Part shown: positions 39,471 through 52,258 of the stretch, in pieces
Layout of the letters: each line of letters opens with the position of its first letter
How positions within the stretch are numbered: the stretch's first letter is position 1
NCBI GenBank assembly: GCA_000004695.1
Contig: CM000151.3
Coordinates: 6,624,001 to 6,688,000, forward strand
Length of the DNA stretch: 64,000 bases
Direction of reading: 5' to 3'
Source of the DNA: Dictyostelium discoideum
Lineage: Eukaryota
Notes under the pieces: generated by a model
Database searches by the model: none
What the model was told of the DNA's origin: nothing
Seen by the model: the letters and a program-made list of their open reading frames with translations, nothing else
Translations under genes and position numbers: made by a program

Positions 39471-41132
39471 TTATAAAACAATATTACCATGTTTTTTAGT
39501 TGGATTTGATAATTTTTTATTTTTAAGAATTTCTAAATCTTCACAAATGTATTGACGAGACATTCTTGGTGGGATGATATCATCAATGAAACCTCTACGA
39601 GCAGCTGGTAATGGATTAGCAAATTTATCATTGTAAATTTGTTCTTGTTCTTTGATGTCACCTTTGCCTCTAAAGATGATTTCTACGGCACCTTTTGAAC
39701 CCATGACAGCGATTTGACCGGTTGGCCAAGAGTAATTGGTATCACCACGAAGATGTTTGGATGACATAACATCATAGGCACCACCATAAGCTTTACGAGT
39801 GATAATTGAGATCTTTGGAACGGTAGCTTCAGCGTAAGCATACAATAATTTAGCACCATGTCTAATGATACCATTGTGTTCTTGATTAGTACCTGGAAGG
39901 AAACCTGGAACATCGATGAGAGTTACAATTGGAATATTGAAACAATCACAGAAACGTACAAAACGGGCGGCCTTAACAGAGGCATCAATGTCTAAACAAC
40001 CTGCGAGTTCTTTTGGTTGATTGGCAACGAAACCAACAGTACGACCCTCCATACGAGCATAACCAACGATGATATTCTTGGCAAACTCTGGTTGAATCTC
40101 AAAGAATTCTCCTTCATCAACGATACGTTCAATGACTTCTTTCATATCGTATGGTTTGTTTGGATCGTCTGGAATGATTTGATCCAAGACATCATCTTCA
40201 CGAGATGGTGAATCGAATGCTTCTCTCATGGCTGGTTCATTTGGATTTGATGGGAGGAGAGTGACAAATTCACGAACTCTCTTTAAGGCATCGATATCAT
40301 TGTCAAAAGCAAGATGGGCAACACCAGATTTGGTGGTATGGATTTTAGCACCACCTAAACCCTCTTGAGAGATCTCTTGATTGGTGACAGATTTGACAAC
40401 ATCTGGACCAGTGACAAACAAGTAACTGGTGTCCTTTACCATGAATACGTAATCGGTGATGGCTGGTGAATAGACGGCACCACCAGCACAAGGTCCCATG
40501 ATGACAGAGATTTGAGGAATGACACCACTTGCCATAACATTACGTTGGAAAACTTCAGCATAACCAGCCAATGAAGCGATACCTTCTTGAATACGAGCAC
40601 CACCACTATCGTTTAAACCAATGACTGGTGCACCAACTAACATTGCTTTATCCATGATCTTGCAAATCTTTTCAGCATGTGCTTCAGAGAGTGAACCACC
40701 ATTGACTGTACTATCTTGACTGAATACAAATACCAATTTACCATTGATTGTACCATGACCTGTTACAACACCATCACCTGGTGTCTTTTCAACGTTGAAA
40801 TCAGTACAACGATGGGTTACCAACATATCGTACTCTCTAAATGATCCATCATCCAATAAGAGATCCAATCTTTCACGTGCTAATAATTTACCTTTACCAT
40901 GTTGAACATCAATCTTCTTTACACCACCTCCTAATTGTGCTCTCTCTGTTTCTTCTTGAATTCTACCATTTATTCTTTCAATTGTTGATTCATATTTTAC
41001 TGCTTTGAATGGTTCTTTTGCTGGTGTTGGTTTACCTGTAGCAAAACTTTTAATACCTTGTGATGATACATTTTTACAATTCTTATTCAAAAATTGAATA
41101 GTATTTTTATTTAATAATCTTCTTGATAACAT
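39471..41132 (-). CDS. pccB: Propionyl-CoA carboxylase beta chain (carboxyltransferase), mitochondrial precursor, 553 aa
   Basis: Full-length collinear similarity to PCCB (…[123 protein letters not shown]…). The N-terminus is basic (MLSRRLLNK). Confidence 0.9.
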   Translation of the reverse strand: MLSRRLLNKNTIQFLNKNCKNVSSQGIKSFATGKPTPAKEPFKAVKYESTIERINGRIQEETERAQLGGGVKKIDVQHGKGKLLARERLDLLLDDGSFREYDMLVTHRCTDFNVEKTPGDGVVTGHGTINGKLVFVFSQDSTVNGGSLSEAHAEKICKIMDKAMLVGAPVIGLNDSGGARIQEGIASLAGYAEVFQRNVMASGVIPQISVIMGPCAGGAVYSPAITDYVFMVKDTSYLFVTGPDVVKSVTNQEISQEGLGGAKIHTTKSGVAHLAFDNDIDALKRVREFVTLLPSNPNEPAMREAFDSPSREDDVLDQIIPDDPNKPYDMKEVIERIVDEGEFFEIQPEFAKNIIVGYARMEGRTVGFVANQPKELAGCLDIDASVKAARFVRFCDCFNIPIVTLIDVPGFLPGTNQEHNGIIRHGAKLLYAYAEATVPKISIITRKAYGGAYDVMSSKHLRGDTNYSWPTGQIAVMGSKGAVEIIFRGKGDIKEQEQIYNDKFANPLPAARRGFIDDIIPPRMSRQYICEDLEILKNKKLSNPTKKHGNIVL

Positions 41133-41217
41133 CTTTTTCTACCTCCTTTTTTTATCAAAAAATTAAAACAAATAAAAAAAAAAATAAAATAAAATGATTT
41201 TTTGAATGATGGAATGA

Positions 41218-41249
<32 letters not shown>

Positions 41250-41749
41250 AAAAAAAAAAAAAAAAAAATTAAATTTTTAAAATTTCAAATTTATAAAAAA
41301 AAAAATAAAAAAATAAAAAATAAAAAAAAAAAAATTATTTTATTATTTGATCACTTCATCTTCATCATATTTTTTTTTTTTTTTTTTTTAACAAAAAATA
41401 TTTAAATATTTATAATTTCTTTGTTTTGTTTAATATAGAAGAGTAATCAATTGATAGTGATGAAATTAGAAGTGGGGGTGGAATGAAAATGGACCAATTA
41501 AATTAAAATATTTCAATATAAAGAATTTTTATTTTATTTTATTTTTTTTTTCACTTGTTTATATAAATTTCAAATAAAAATAAATCAAAAAAATAAAAAA
41601 AATCATTTTAATCTCCAAAAGTTTATAATATTTTTTTTTTTTCCATTTCCTTTTTTTTTTTCCTTTTTTTGGAGGGTATGTTACTATTGATAAATATCAT
41701 ATAATTATGTTATCTAACTATTGTTCTTAGTAAGTATCGAAATTGGAGA

Positions 41750-41804
<55 letters not shown>

Positions 41805-41958
41805 AGCCCAGATATGTTGAAAAAATAATTAACAATTTTCTTTTTATTTTTATTTTTATTTTAATCAATAATCATTTTAATCACCAAAAGTTTATAAAAT
41901 ATATTTTTTCCTTTTCCTTTTTTTTTTTTTTTTTCTTTAAAATAAAAAAATAAAAAAA

Positions 41959-42005
<47 letters not shown>

Positions 42006-42021
42006 AAATTAATTATTAAAA

Positions 42022-42639
42022 ATGAAAAATCTATTTATATATACATTATTATTATTTTTATTTTTATTTTCATTAATAAAAGTAAAAAGTCAATCGTTAT
42101 CTGGTTTTCCAATTTATTGGTAGGTTTATTTATTTTATTTTATTTATTTTTATTCTAAAAAACAATTATTTATTATTTTTCTACTTAACAGGCCATGTTT
42201 TCCGTCTTGTGAGCCTTATGGATATTGTGATGATTATAATGGAAAATGTGTGTGTGAAAAATATTCGACTGGTTTTGATTGTAAAAAAAATTTTAATTTT
42301 ACATCCATTACACCTGCTTTTGTAACTGGTATAGTTTATTTGAATGGTGATTTTTCAAATATTTTTGATCGCAATTTAACAATTGATATAGGTAGTGGAC
42401 AATGTAATATTACCAATAAAAATGAAACAGTTATAGAATGTATAGTTGGACCAGGTGAAGGTTCTCATAGTTTTGTCATTAGAAATGATTATTTAGTGCC
42501 ATTTGTAACTACCTTTGAATATAAATATTTTACTTATCCACTTGGTTGTTCATCTCATGGTGCTTGTAATAAATATAATGGATTATGTGATTGTAATATT
42601 GGAACTTATGGTAATCAATGTTACCAAGAAGATTATTAA
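42022..42639 (+). CDS. Secreted EGF-like + IPT/TIG domain protein, 2 exons, about 181 aa
   Basis: Exon 1 42022..42119 (signal peptide; donor GTAGGT), exon 2 42192..42639 (acceptor aacag). Cys-rich EGF-like module (CFPSCEPYGYCDDYNGKCVCEKYSTGFDC), IPT-like fold (ITPAFVTGIVYLNGDFSNIF...CNITNKNETVIECIVGPGEGSHSFVI), second EGF-like module (CSSHGACNKYNGLCDCNIGTYGNQC). Confidence 0.6.
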
Positions 42640-42699
42640 ATAAAAATAAAAAAATAAATAAATAAATAAATTAAATAGATATAACTATTTTACATAAAA

Positions 42700-44188
42700 A
42701 GTTCAATTCAATATACAAAAGGTTTAAATTGTGACCTATTAAATGCATCAATATCATCAGTTGAAACACCAACAATTGATGGTGGTGTCGTTAAATTATT
42801 AGGTGATTTTAAACATATTTTTAGTATTCTGGGAAATATTGAAATTTCAATTGGTAATTCAATTTGTAATCAAATTCCTATGGAAAATACACAATTCATA
42901 ATTACATGTCAATAGAACCTGGTTTTTCTAATAAAACAATTACTTTATCTGATGGAAATGGAGCAACATTATCATATAAAGGATTTTATTACCGTTGGCC
43001 ATGTCCCGTTCCTTGTAATGATTTTAATGGAAAATGTGTGTGAAAAATATTTAACTGGTTCTGATTGTAAAACTCTAACATCAGTTACACCAACTTTTGT
43101 AAGTGGGGGAAACGTTTATTTAATTGGCGATTTTTCAAATGTTTTTAATCTCAATTTAACTATTCATTTAGGTGATCAACAATGTAGAATTAACAATATT
43201 AATCAAACAGTTATAGAATGTGTTATTGGGCCAGGTGAAGGTTTTCATAATGTTACAATTTCAATCAATGTTATATTAACATTTAAAACTATAGATACTC
43301 CCTTTGAATACAAATATTTTACTTGTCCACTTAGTTGTTCATCACATGGTACTTGTAACAAATATTATGGATCATGTGATTGTAATATTGGAACTTATGG
43401 TAATCAATGTCAATTTTTTGAATGTCCATTAAATTGTTCAAATCCAAATGGTGCATGTGATAGTAAAACTGGTATTTGCAACTGTGATGATAAACATGGT
43501 GGAGAATCATGTAATTTTATTTTATGTCCATTACATTGTTAAACTCCAAATGGTGTATGTGATGGTAAAACTGGTACTTGTAATTGTGATTATAAACACG
43601 GTGGTGAATCATGTGATTTTACTTTATGTCCATTTAATTGTTCAACACCAAATGGTATATGTGATGGTAAAACTGGTATTTGTAAATGTAATAATCCATA
43701 CACAGGAGAAGCTTGTGATTTAATTATTAAATGTAAACAAGAATGTTCTTTAAAATATGGAAATTGTGATACTCATACACAAGATTGTATATGTGATACT
43801 CAAACCAGAGGATTATCATGTGAAGAATCAAGATTATTAATCGAATCAATAGAATTAACAATTTAGATGGTGGTACAAATACAATAGTTGGATATTTTGG
43901 TAGAACAACATCATTATTAACAATTAAAATAGGTGCTTCACAATGTACAAATATTAAGGTATTTAATGATACAACATTAAATTGTTTCATTGGTCCAGGA
44001 GAAGGAACTCATAATGTAACGATTACAGATGATGATCTTTCATTTACTGCTATTAATAAGTTCCAATACATTGGAGAAAAAATCAAAAAAATCAAAGATA
44101 TCAGGTGGTACAATTGTTTGAATAACTGCTGGTTGTGTTGTTGGTCTATCAGTACTTGGAGCAGGTAGTTATTAAAAACTTAATCATT

Positions 44189-44190
<2 letters not shown>
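42700..44190 (+). pseudogene. Degenerated paralog array: IPT/TIG + tenascin-type EGF repeats + C-terminal TM segment, disrupted by frameshifts and nonsense codons
   Basis: The same domain logic as 42022..42639 is repeated and extended (4 EGF repeats CPLNCSNPNGACDSKTGICNCDDKHGGESC…, 3 IPT units, hydrophobic tail GGTIV.ITAGCVVGLSVLGAGSY). Lesions: TAG at 42913-15; a 2-bp loss in a (GT)n run creating TGA at 43040-42 (tgtgtgtga versus tgtgtgtgtga in the intact gene); TCA>TAA at 43540-42 within CPLHC*TPNG; frame shifts near 43860 and 44110. Confidence 0.65.
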
Positions 44191-44242
<52 letters not shown>

Positions 44243-45752
44243 TAGATAAAAAAAAGAATTCATTCAACTTGTAATTGCCACCAAAATATTTAAATAATAA
44301 TAATTTAAAATAAAAAAAAAAATAAATAAAAAAATACAAAATTAAAATCTTCTTTTTTCTTTTTTCTTTTTTATTGTATTTTAAATAAAGTATAACTACC
44401 ATAATATTCATATTTTAATATTATTTAAAAAAACATTTTTAATAATTAAAATATCTTACCAAATGATTGTCTTTTATCACCAATTTTTATAATTTCCAAT
44501 TAATTAATTAATGGGGTGGAGGGGTGGGGGTGGGAGGGGTAAAAAAATTGATATTTACATAAATCATAATTGTACATGACAATTTTTTAAAATAATTAAT
44601 TTGATTGATTCATCATAAAAAAAAATTAAATAAAAAATTAAAAAAGAAAAAATTAAATCGGCAATTTTAACAACAACAAGAACATTTCGATAAGATCATA
44701 CATTAATTGCAATCACACACAAACACCCAAAACTTAATTACGCACGTACACCACGACACACTAACATAAAAAATTATTAAGAGAAAAAAAAAAAATAAAA
44801 AAAAAAATAAAAATTAAATAAGTAGAAAATAAATAAAAAATTAAATCACTATTTCAAACATAGCATTTTATTAAGTTACAATTTCTGAATAACAATCACA
44901 CACTTTCTCACTCTCTACCAGTTTTGTTCTATTTAACAAATAAATACATTGTGGTGGGTGTGTGAGAGAGAGTGAGGTGATAGTGTGTGACAGTGTGTGT
45001 GTGAGTGGTATATATTAACCTAATTAAAAACTTTTTTCTACACATCAAACAATATTAAAAGGTGGTAAAAATCACTAAATAAAATTAAAAACCATTTAAT
45101 TTTTATCTCGAACAACAACTCCACCACACATATATAGATAAAATACATATAGGTCTACCCCTTTCTTTTTTTTATTTTTTATTATTTTTTTTTTTTTAGT
45201 TTTTTTTTTATATAAAAAAAAAAAAACAACATATAACTGATGATAAAATTTTAACCTTGTTTAATATTATTTTTAAAAATTTTTTTATTTTTTTTTATTC
45301 ATTATTTATTTTTAAAATATTACTTTAAATTAATATTAAAACAATTATTATAGCTTGTGTATTTTATCTGTGCATAAAATTAAATATTAATAAATTAAAA
45401 TTACAATTGTGTGTAATTTTTTAAAAAAATTAAAATAATTATTTTCAATAGCTAATAATAACAATTCCTTTTATAATTTTAATTTTAAAAATAAAATAAA
45501 ATAATTTTAATTTGAATTATTTTCCAATTAAAAATAAATTATTTAATATATATATATATATATAATTTTATTTTAATAAAAAAGCAATAGAAAGTGATAT
45601 AGTTGTATATCCTAATTATTTTTAAAAAAAAAATTATATTTTTAAAAAATTAATATATTAAAAAAAAAAAAAAAAATAACAAAAATTAATAAAAATAAAT
45701 AATTACTTAAAAGTTATATATACTTAATTATTTTTTTAAAAAAAGAATAAAA

Positions 45753-46914
45753 ATGGGAAGCCAATTTAGTGTTTTAAATAGAAAATGGTTAATTGAAAGA
45801 AGTATTATGATTGAAAAAAGGAAAAGAAGATCAAATAAATTAATAAAAATTTTAATGATGGGTAATGAAAATTCAGCTAAAAGTACATTTGCTAAAAAAG
45901 TTAAATCAATTTATCAAAGTGATAAAATTGAAAATTCCGATGCCAATTCAATTTTACCATATATTAAATTATATTTATCTAATAGTTTCAAAGATGTTAT
46001 AAAATTTATTCAACAACATCCACAATCACCAGATACAAAACCAATGGTTTCAACACAATTAGGAATAATAGCATGGGATAAATTATCAAGTTTTAATTAT
46101 ATTCCATTTAATTTTAAACCAACAAAAGAATTGGCAAAATATATTTATGATATTTGTCATGATCCACTTTTTAAAAGTTATATTTATCCAATAATTTCTT
46201 CAAAAAGAGAAGATGCATTTTAGTATGTTTTATTATAATAATAATTTTTTTAATTTTTTTTTTAAATATAGTTATTAATTATTTAAATTTAATTTTATTA
46301 ATAGTTTAATTGAAAATTGTAAAAGAATGTCAAATGATGATTATATACCAAATGATGAAGATATAATTAGATGTTCAAAAAATAATCAAAGTGGAGTATT
46401 TGATACTAAATTAGAGATTGGAAAAAGTGAATTTGTATTTGTTGATACAGGTAATCAAAAATGTGATAGAAAGAAATGGGTTCATCAATTTGAAGATGTT
46501 GATATAATATTATTTTTTTTGGCTTTAGATGAATTTGATTTACCACCTGATGAAATTAAATCACAATCACAATCAGTTCATGATTGTTATAATAAATTAA
46601 ATGAAAATATATTAGTATTTGATGAAATTGTAAATAATCACTTCTTTTCAAATACACCCGTAATTGTTTTATTTAATAAAAAAGAACAATTAATTGAAAA
46701 ATTAAAAACAACAACTTTTTCACAACATTATCCAGATTATCAAAGTAATTCAAATAATCCAAACGACATTTTTTCTTTTATTTCAAATCAATTTAAATTA
46801 AGAGATCATTTTCCATTAAACAAACGTTTATTTATTCATTCTTTTAATTCTTCAGATACTAATCAAATCGATTTCTTTCAATATGTTAAAAAAATATTAG
46901 AAGATACAATTTAA
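45753..46914 (+). CDS. Heterotrimeric G-protein alpha subunit, divergent, 2 exons, about 359 aa
   Basis: Exons 45753..46222 (donor GTATGT) and 46305..46914 (acceptor taatag). MGSQFS (myristoylation-type N-terminus). Switch/G-box regions DEDIIRCSKNNQSGVFDTKLEIG, DTGNQKCDRKKWVHQFEDVDIILFFLALDEFD, VLFNKKEQL. The P-loop reads IKILMMGNENSAKST rather than the usual GAGESGKST. Confidence 0.75.
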
Positions 46915-47138
46915 ATAATAATAATAATGATAAAAAAAAAAAAAAAAAAAAACAATAAAAAATAAATAATAAAACTAAACTTGTAAATAATTTCTTTTAT
47001 ATATAAGATATATACTTTTAAGTATATTTTTTAACAATATTTGTTTTTATTTCTCATCAAAAAATATACAACATATATATATAAAAACAAAAACCTTTGC
47101 TTTTTTTTTTTTTTTTTTTTTAATTAGAATTTAAATTT

Positions 47139-50100
47139 TTAATTTCTTCTTTTTCTTTTATTTAAAATATAATTTTCTTGTAATAATTGGGACTGAGAAG
47201 GATAAAATTGTTGTTTAATATATTTTGAAGTAAAAGTTGGAATTAAAGAAATGAAAATCATAATTATTACCATTAGATAGAATTGAAGTAATGATAATGA
47301 AAAATTAAATACTTGATAAGATTGAGGCATTGAAGGTAACATAGAATTTGTAATTAAAGCTATAATTATATATAATAAAATACTACCCCAAATACCAATA
47401 TGAACAATGAAATTCCAATATTTTATATCTAATGCTGCTTGAAGTAATATTGAAATCACAGAGAAAGAAGCACAATAAGAACCCATTATAGCAAGTCCAC
47501 CAATTTTACCATACTGGTTTAATATATTATCATCTAAAAATAAAAGATATAAACCAAAATACATTACTACCGATTGATAAAGTCCACCTAATACTGATCT
47601 TGCAATTGTAAGATACTGGAATTGTTTACCATTTTGAACCTCTAAAAATAAATGTGGATTCTTTTCTAAAACTCTTTCATTTACATCTTTTTCAAAAAGT
47701 GCCATGAAATAAGGTGGAATTGCAGTGATTACAGTATTAAAAGATGTAATGATAGCATCATCGAATAAAGTTTGTGATGACCAACCACTATGAATTGAAA
47801 ATAGAAATTGAATGAAAAAGAAGGTCATATTCTTATAAAATGAGTATCTAATACATGCAGCATTCCTAATCATTGAATAACGACCATGAATTGTAATTAA
47901 TCTTGATAAATGTCTAAATCTTAATAAACTATAGTCAGATGCACGTGATGCTTGTGATCCTTCATTACCAAATATTCCAATTCCAATATTTGCTTCTTGA
48001 ATCATTGAAACATCATTTGCACCATCACCAATTGATAAACAAACCTCTTTTGTATCCTTTTTAACCATCTTTACAATTAATGATTTTTGAATTGGTGTAA
48101 CTCTACAACAAATTACTGAATGACATTTCTTTGCAATTGATAAAAATTTATTTTCAAATTCTAAAAATATAAATATTAATGATTCACCATCAATTACTAA
48201 TGAATAATTATTATTATTATTATTTAAATTATTATTATTATTATTACTATTATTTAAATTATTATTATTATTATTTTCAATTTCATTTAAATTATTAATT
48301 ATATTATTTAATTGTTGTTCACAATTATCACGTGAATTTGAATTAATAATAAATAATTGATTTGAATGAGAAAGTAATTTACAAGAATAACCAATATTAA
48401 TTGCAGTTTCTTGTTTATCACCAGTTATAATCCAAACTTTAATATTTGAATTTAATAAAAATTCAATTGTTTCAGGTACACCATCTTGTAATTTATCTTC
48501 AATAGCAGTACAACCAATTAAAGTTAAATCATTTTCTAATTGGTTATTTAATTCTTCAATTTGCTCTTCCCTATTTTCAATTGAATTTAATATTGAATTA
48601 TATTTTTCAAACCATTGATTAAATTGATCAATTTCAATTTCTTTCATTGCTAATATTAATGTTCTTAAACCTTCATTTGAAAATTCTTTAATATGTTGAG
48701 TTGTTTTTTCAATTATTAATTGATTATTATAATTTATTAAACCATTATTATTGATATTATTATTATTATTATTGATATTATTATCTTGTTTTAATCTTGA
48801 CATCATTACAGAATCAGCACCTTTTGAATATAAATAAATTTTATTTGTTTCAATATCTTTTAAAACCACTGACATTCTTCTTCTTTCAGATGTGAAATCC
48901 ATTGAAGTTAAGAGTTTAAAAGTTTTTTCTTTTTTTAAAATTTGGATTTTAATTTCACCATTATTTCTCTCTTTGAAAATGAATTGATTTAATTTTGAAC
49001 AATTTAATAAAGAAATTTCATCGGGTGATGGTGATTGATAAATTGCAATTCCATCTTGATCTAATTCAGAAACAGCAGAATGACAAGTTGTCATATTAAT
49101 TAAAAATTCTTTTACAAATTTTTGATCAATAGTTTCACCACCTTCAGATACAATCTCTTCTAATTCCATTGATGATGATTTGTTTTTAATTTCATTTAAT
49201 AATTGTGATTCATTTGGTGATTGATAAATTTTACCACCAATTGAACATTTTTTAAAAATCATTTTATTCTCTGTTAATGTACCAGTTTTATCAGAGAATA
49301 TATATTTAACCAATGCTAATTCATCATTTAAATTACTATTTTTTACAGTCATATATTTATGTACAATTTTATTTTCTCTACCACTACCACTACTGTCGTC
49401 GTCTTTAAGAATTTCTGATTTTAAATTATCTTTTGATATTGATTTTGAAATTGATGTTGATGATATTGATTTTGTAAATTGTTTTTGTTGTTGTTGTTGT
49501 TGTTGTAATTCTAAATCACCATTATTTTGATTTTGATTTTGATTTTGATTATTTTGATTTTGTTCATATTGTAATAGTTGCTTTCTATATTGTTTTTCTT
49601 TATAACTCATTAATAGATCGAATTGCATAAAACCACCTTGTGAAACTTTAACAATTTCCAATGTAATTAATAATGACATTGGTACTAAAAACGATAAGTA
49701 TGCAAAATAAGCGAAAAATGTTTTAACAATTACTAATCCAATTGAGTCTGGTTCTTCATTTATCCAAAGATACCAACTTTTATTAGTTGTACGTTCTGTT
49801 ACTAATGTTCCAACAATTGTTGATATTATTACTAATATCATTTTAAATATAAATATACCAATAACTGATTTACTAATCATTTTTTCAACTGTTGAATATT
49901 TTGATGGTGGACTCTTTTGATTTAAACTTAATTTTGTATCTCTACCACAATAAACTACAATACCATAAATAAATTCTGTATTTCTTAATGTTGATCCTCT
50001 TAATAATAATTGTTTTTCTGATAATGATATTGTTGTTATTTCTGTTGTTGTGGTGGTTTTTAAATTTTCTTCAATATTATCATTATTATTGTTTTCATTG

Positions 50101-51100
50101 TCATTTTCTAAATTTAATATACCTTTAAATTTATATAAATTATTATTTGGGAATTCACATTGAATATTACCTTTTAATTTTATAAATTGTTGTTGTTGTT
50201 CTTGTTGTGATTCATTTAAATTTAATGATATATTTTTAAATTTTGAATGTGTTTCATTACATGATTTAAAAATTTTTAAATTTGATTCACCATCGAGTTC
50301 ACTAGTTTCTACAAAACATACACCATCGCCTAATGATGAAGAACTTAATAAAATTATATCTGCAGGAATCGATTGATTATTATCTATCTTTATAATATCA
50401 CCAACTTTTATATTTTTACTTTTAATTAATTTAAATTTTGATGATTCTATATCATAATTTTCTTGTTGTTGTTTTTGTGGTAATGGTGTTGTTGATGATG
50501 ATAGTGGTGGTTGTTGTTGTTGAGGTATTGGTTTTGGAAGTTGATATATTAAATATTCTTTATAATTTGATGATTTATCCGCTCTATATCTTTTAAAATC
50601 TTCGTACGCTTCTTTAATAGCTGTTAACCCAACAATCAAACCTAATGGTAATATAGTAGTTGATGGATCCAATGGACTAACTTCTGGAATTAATGTTATT
50701 ACACTAACAATTACAAAATAAATCTTTTTTTTGAAAAAAAAAAAAAAAACAAGAGTTAATTAATAATTTTATTTTATTTTATTTTATTTTATTTTATTTT
50801 ATTTTATTTTATTTTATTTTATTTTATTTTATTTTATTTTATTTTATTTATAATGTTATTTATTATATTAGTTTATATTACATTTGTATATTTTTTGAAT
50901 TGTTCAAATAAATTTTTAAAAATAAAATTATATCTTGTATATTTTGTGGTTGAAATTTCATTATCAGAAAATAATGATTTTATTTTTTTTTCGTTGTTAT
51001 TTGAAAAAAAAAAATTATTTTTAAAAGTATTAAAATAAATATTTGGATATGTCGTTCTCTTTTTTTTTAAATTTCTTTTTTTTTTATTAAATATTTTCAT
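47139..51100 (-). CDS. P4-type ATPase (phospholipid-transporting flippase), 2 exons, about 1267 aa
   Basis: Exon 1 51100..50882 (MKIF...ISTTKYTRYNFIFKNLFEQFKKYTN; donor GTAATA). Exon 2 50723..47139 (acceptor aaaaaag; IYFVIVSVITLIPEVSPLDPSTTILPLGLIVGLTAIKEAYEDFKR...). Motifs DKTGTLTENKM, TGDKQETAINIG, GDGANDVSMIQEANIGIGI. The track ORF lacked the TM1-TM2 exon. Confidence 0.8.
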
Positions 51101-52258
51101 TATTTTTTATTTTTTATAAATATTTACATAAATTGGTTAATTGAATTAAAAAATAAAAAATAAAAAAAAATAAATACACTTTTGACAAAAAATTATTAAC
51201 AAGCAGGAATGGAAAAAAAAAAAATTATTTTTTAAATTAAAAATATTATTATTATTAAAAAAAATCAAAAAAAAAAAAATTATTTAATAATAACACTATT
51301 AATAATAACACTAATAATAATAATGACAATTGTTTATTTTATAATAATTTTAATCTTATTTTAAAGTAAAATTTTTAAACGCAATGGAAAATAAAAATAA
51401 TAAATAATAATTATAAAAAAAATAAAAAAACACAATTTTTGTGGTGATTTTTATTTGTTAATGAATTGTACAAATTAACTTATTTTTTTTTTTTTTTTTT
51501 CTTTTAAATTTTTTTTTTTTTCTTTTTTTTTTCTTCACATGTGTAAGGGTGGCGATAACCCCTTTGATATTTTTAATAATTTTTTTTTATTTTTATTTTT
51601 ATTTTTTTTTTTTCTTAATAACAACATTAATTTAATGAAATGTCAAATGGCGATAAAAAAAAATTTTTTTTCATTTTATTTTTAATGTCATCTGATAGAA
51701 CCATCATTCCGAATTTTTTTTTTAACATTAATTTTATGGCTATAAAAAAAAAATGAAAAAAAAAAAAAAATAAAAAAAAAATAAAAAAATATTTTTAACT
51801 TTTTATTTGAAAAAAGTTAAATGATGGTTTGGTTCCCAAACAGATGTATTAATTATGTAATGAAAACCTAAAATGCAGTTTGTCAGTTTTCCAATTACAA
51901 AAAAAAAAAAAAAAGGAAAAAAAAAAAAATAATTATGGAATTAATTGATTATATTTTGGCAAAAGATCTTGAAATTTCATTTATTTGGTTATTATATCTT
52001 TTTAATTATTATTATTGTTTTTTTTTTTTTTTTTTAATATTTTTTTTATATTTTATCTATCCAGTTTTTTTTATAAAAACGAAAAAAAAAAATTACTCAT
52101 TAAAATATTTCAATATATAAAGTTTTTAAATAACTTAAAAAAAAAAAAAAAACAGATAATTGATCACTCTAATAATAAAAAATAACAAAGCTCCACTTTC
52201 CAAATTCTTTGAATAAATAAAGAAACACTTTTTTTTTTTTTTTTAAAGGGTTTTTTAT

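Noticed and set aside
43448-43990. ORFs 43448..43723(+) and 43727..43990(-) within the EGF-repeat region
   Set aside because: Off-frame or antisense readings of the Cys-rich repeat pseudogene. The EGF/IPT frame is the only one with recognisable domains.
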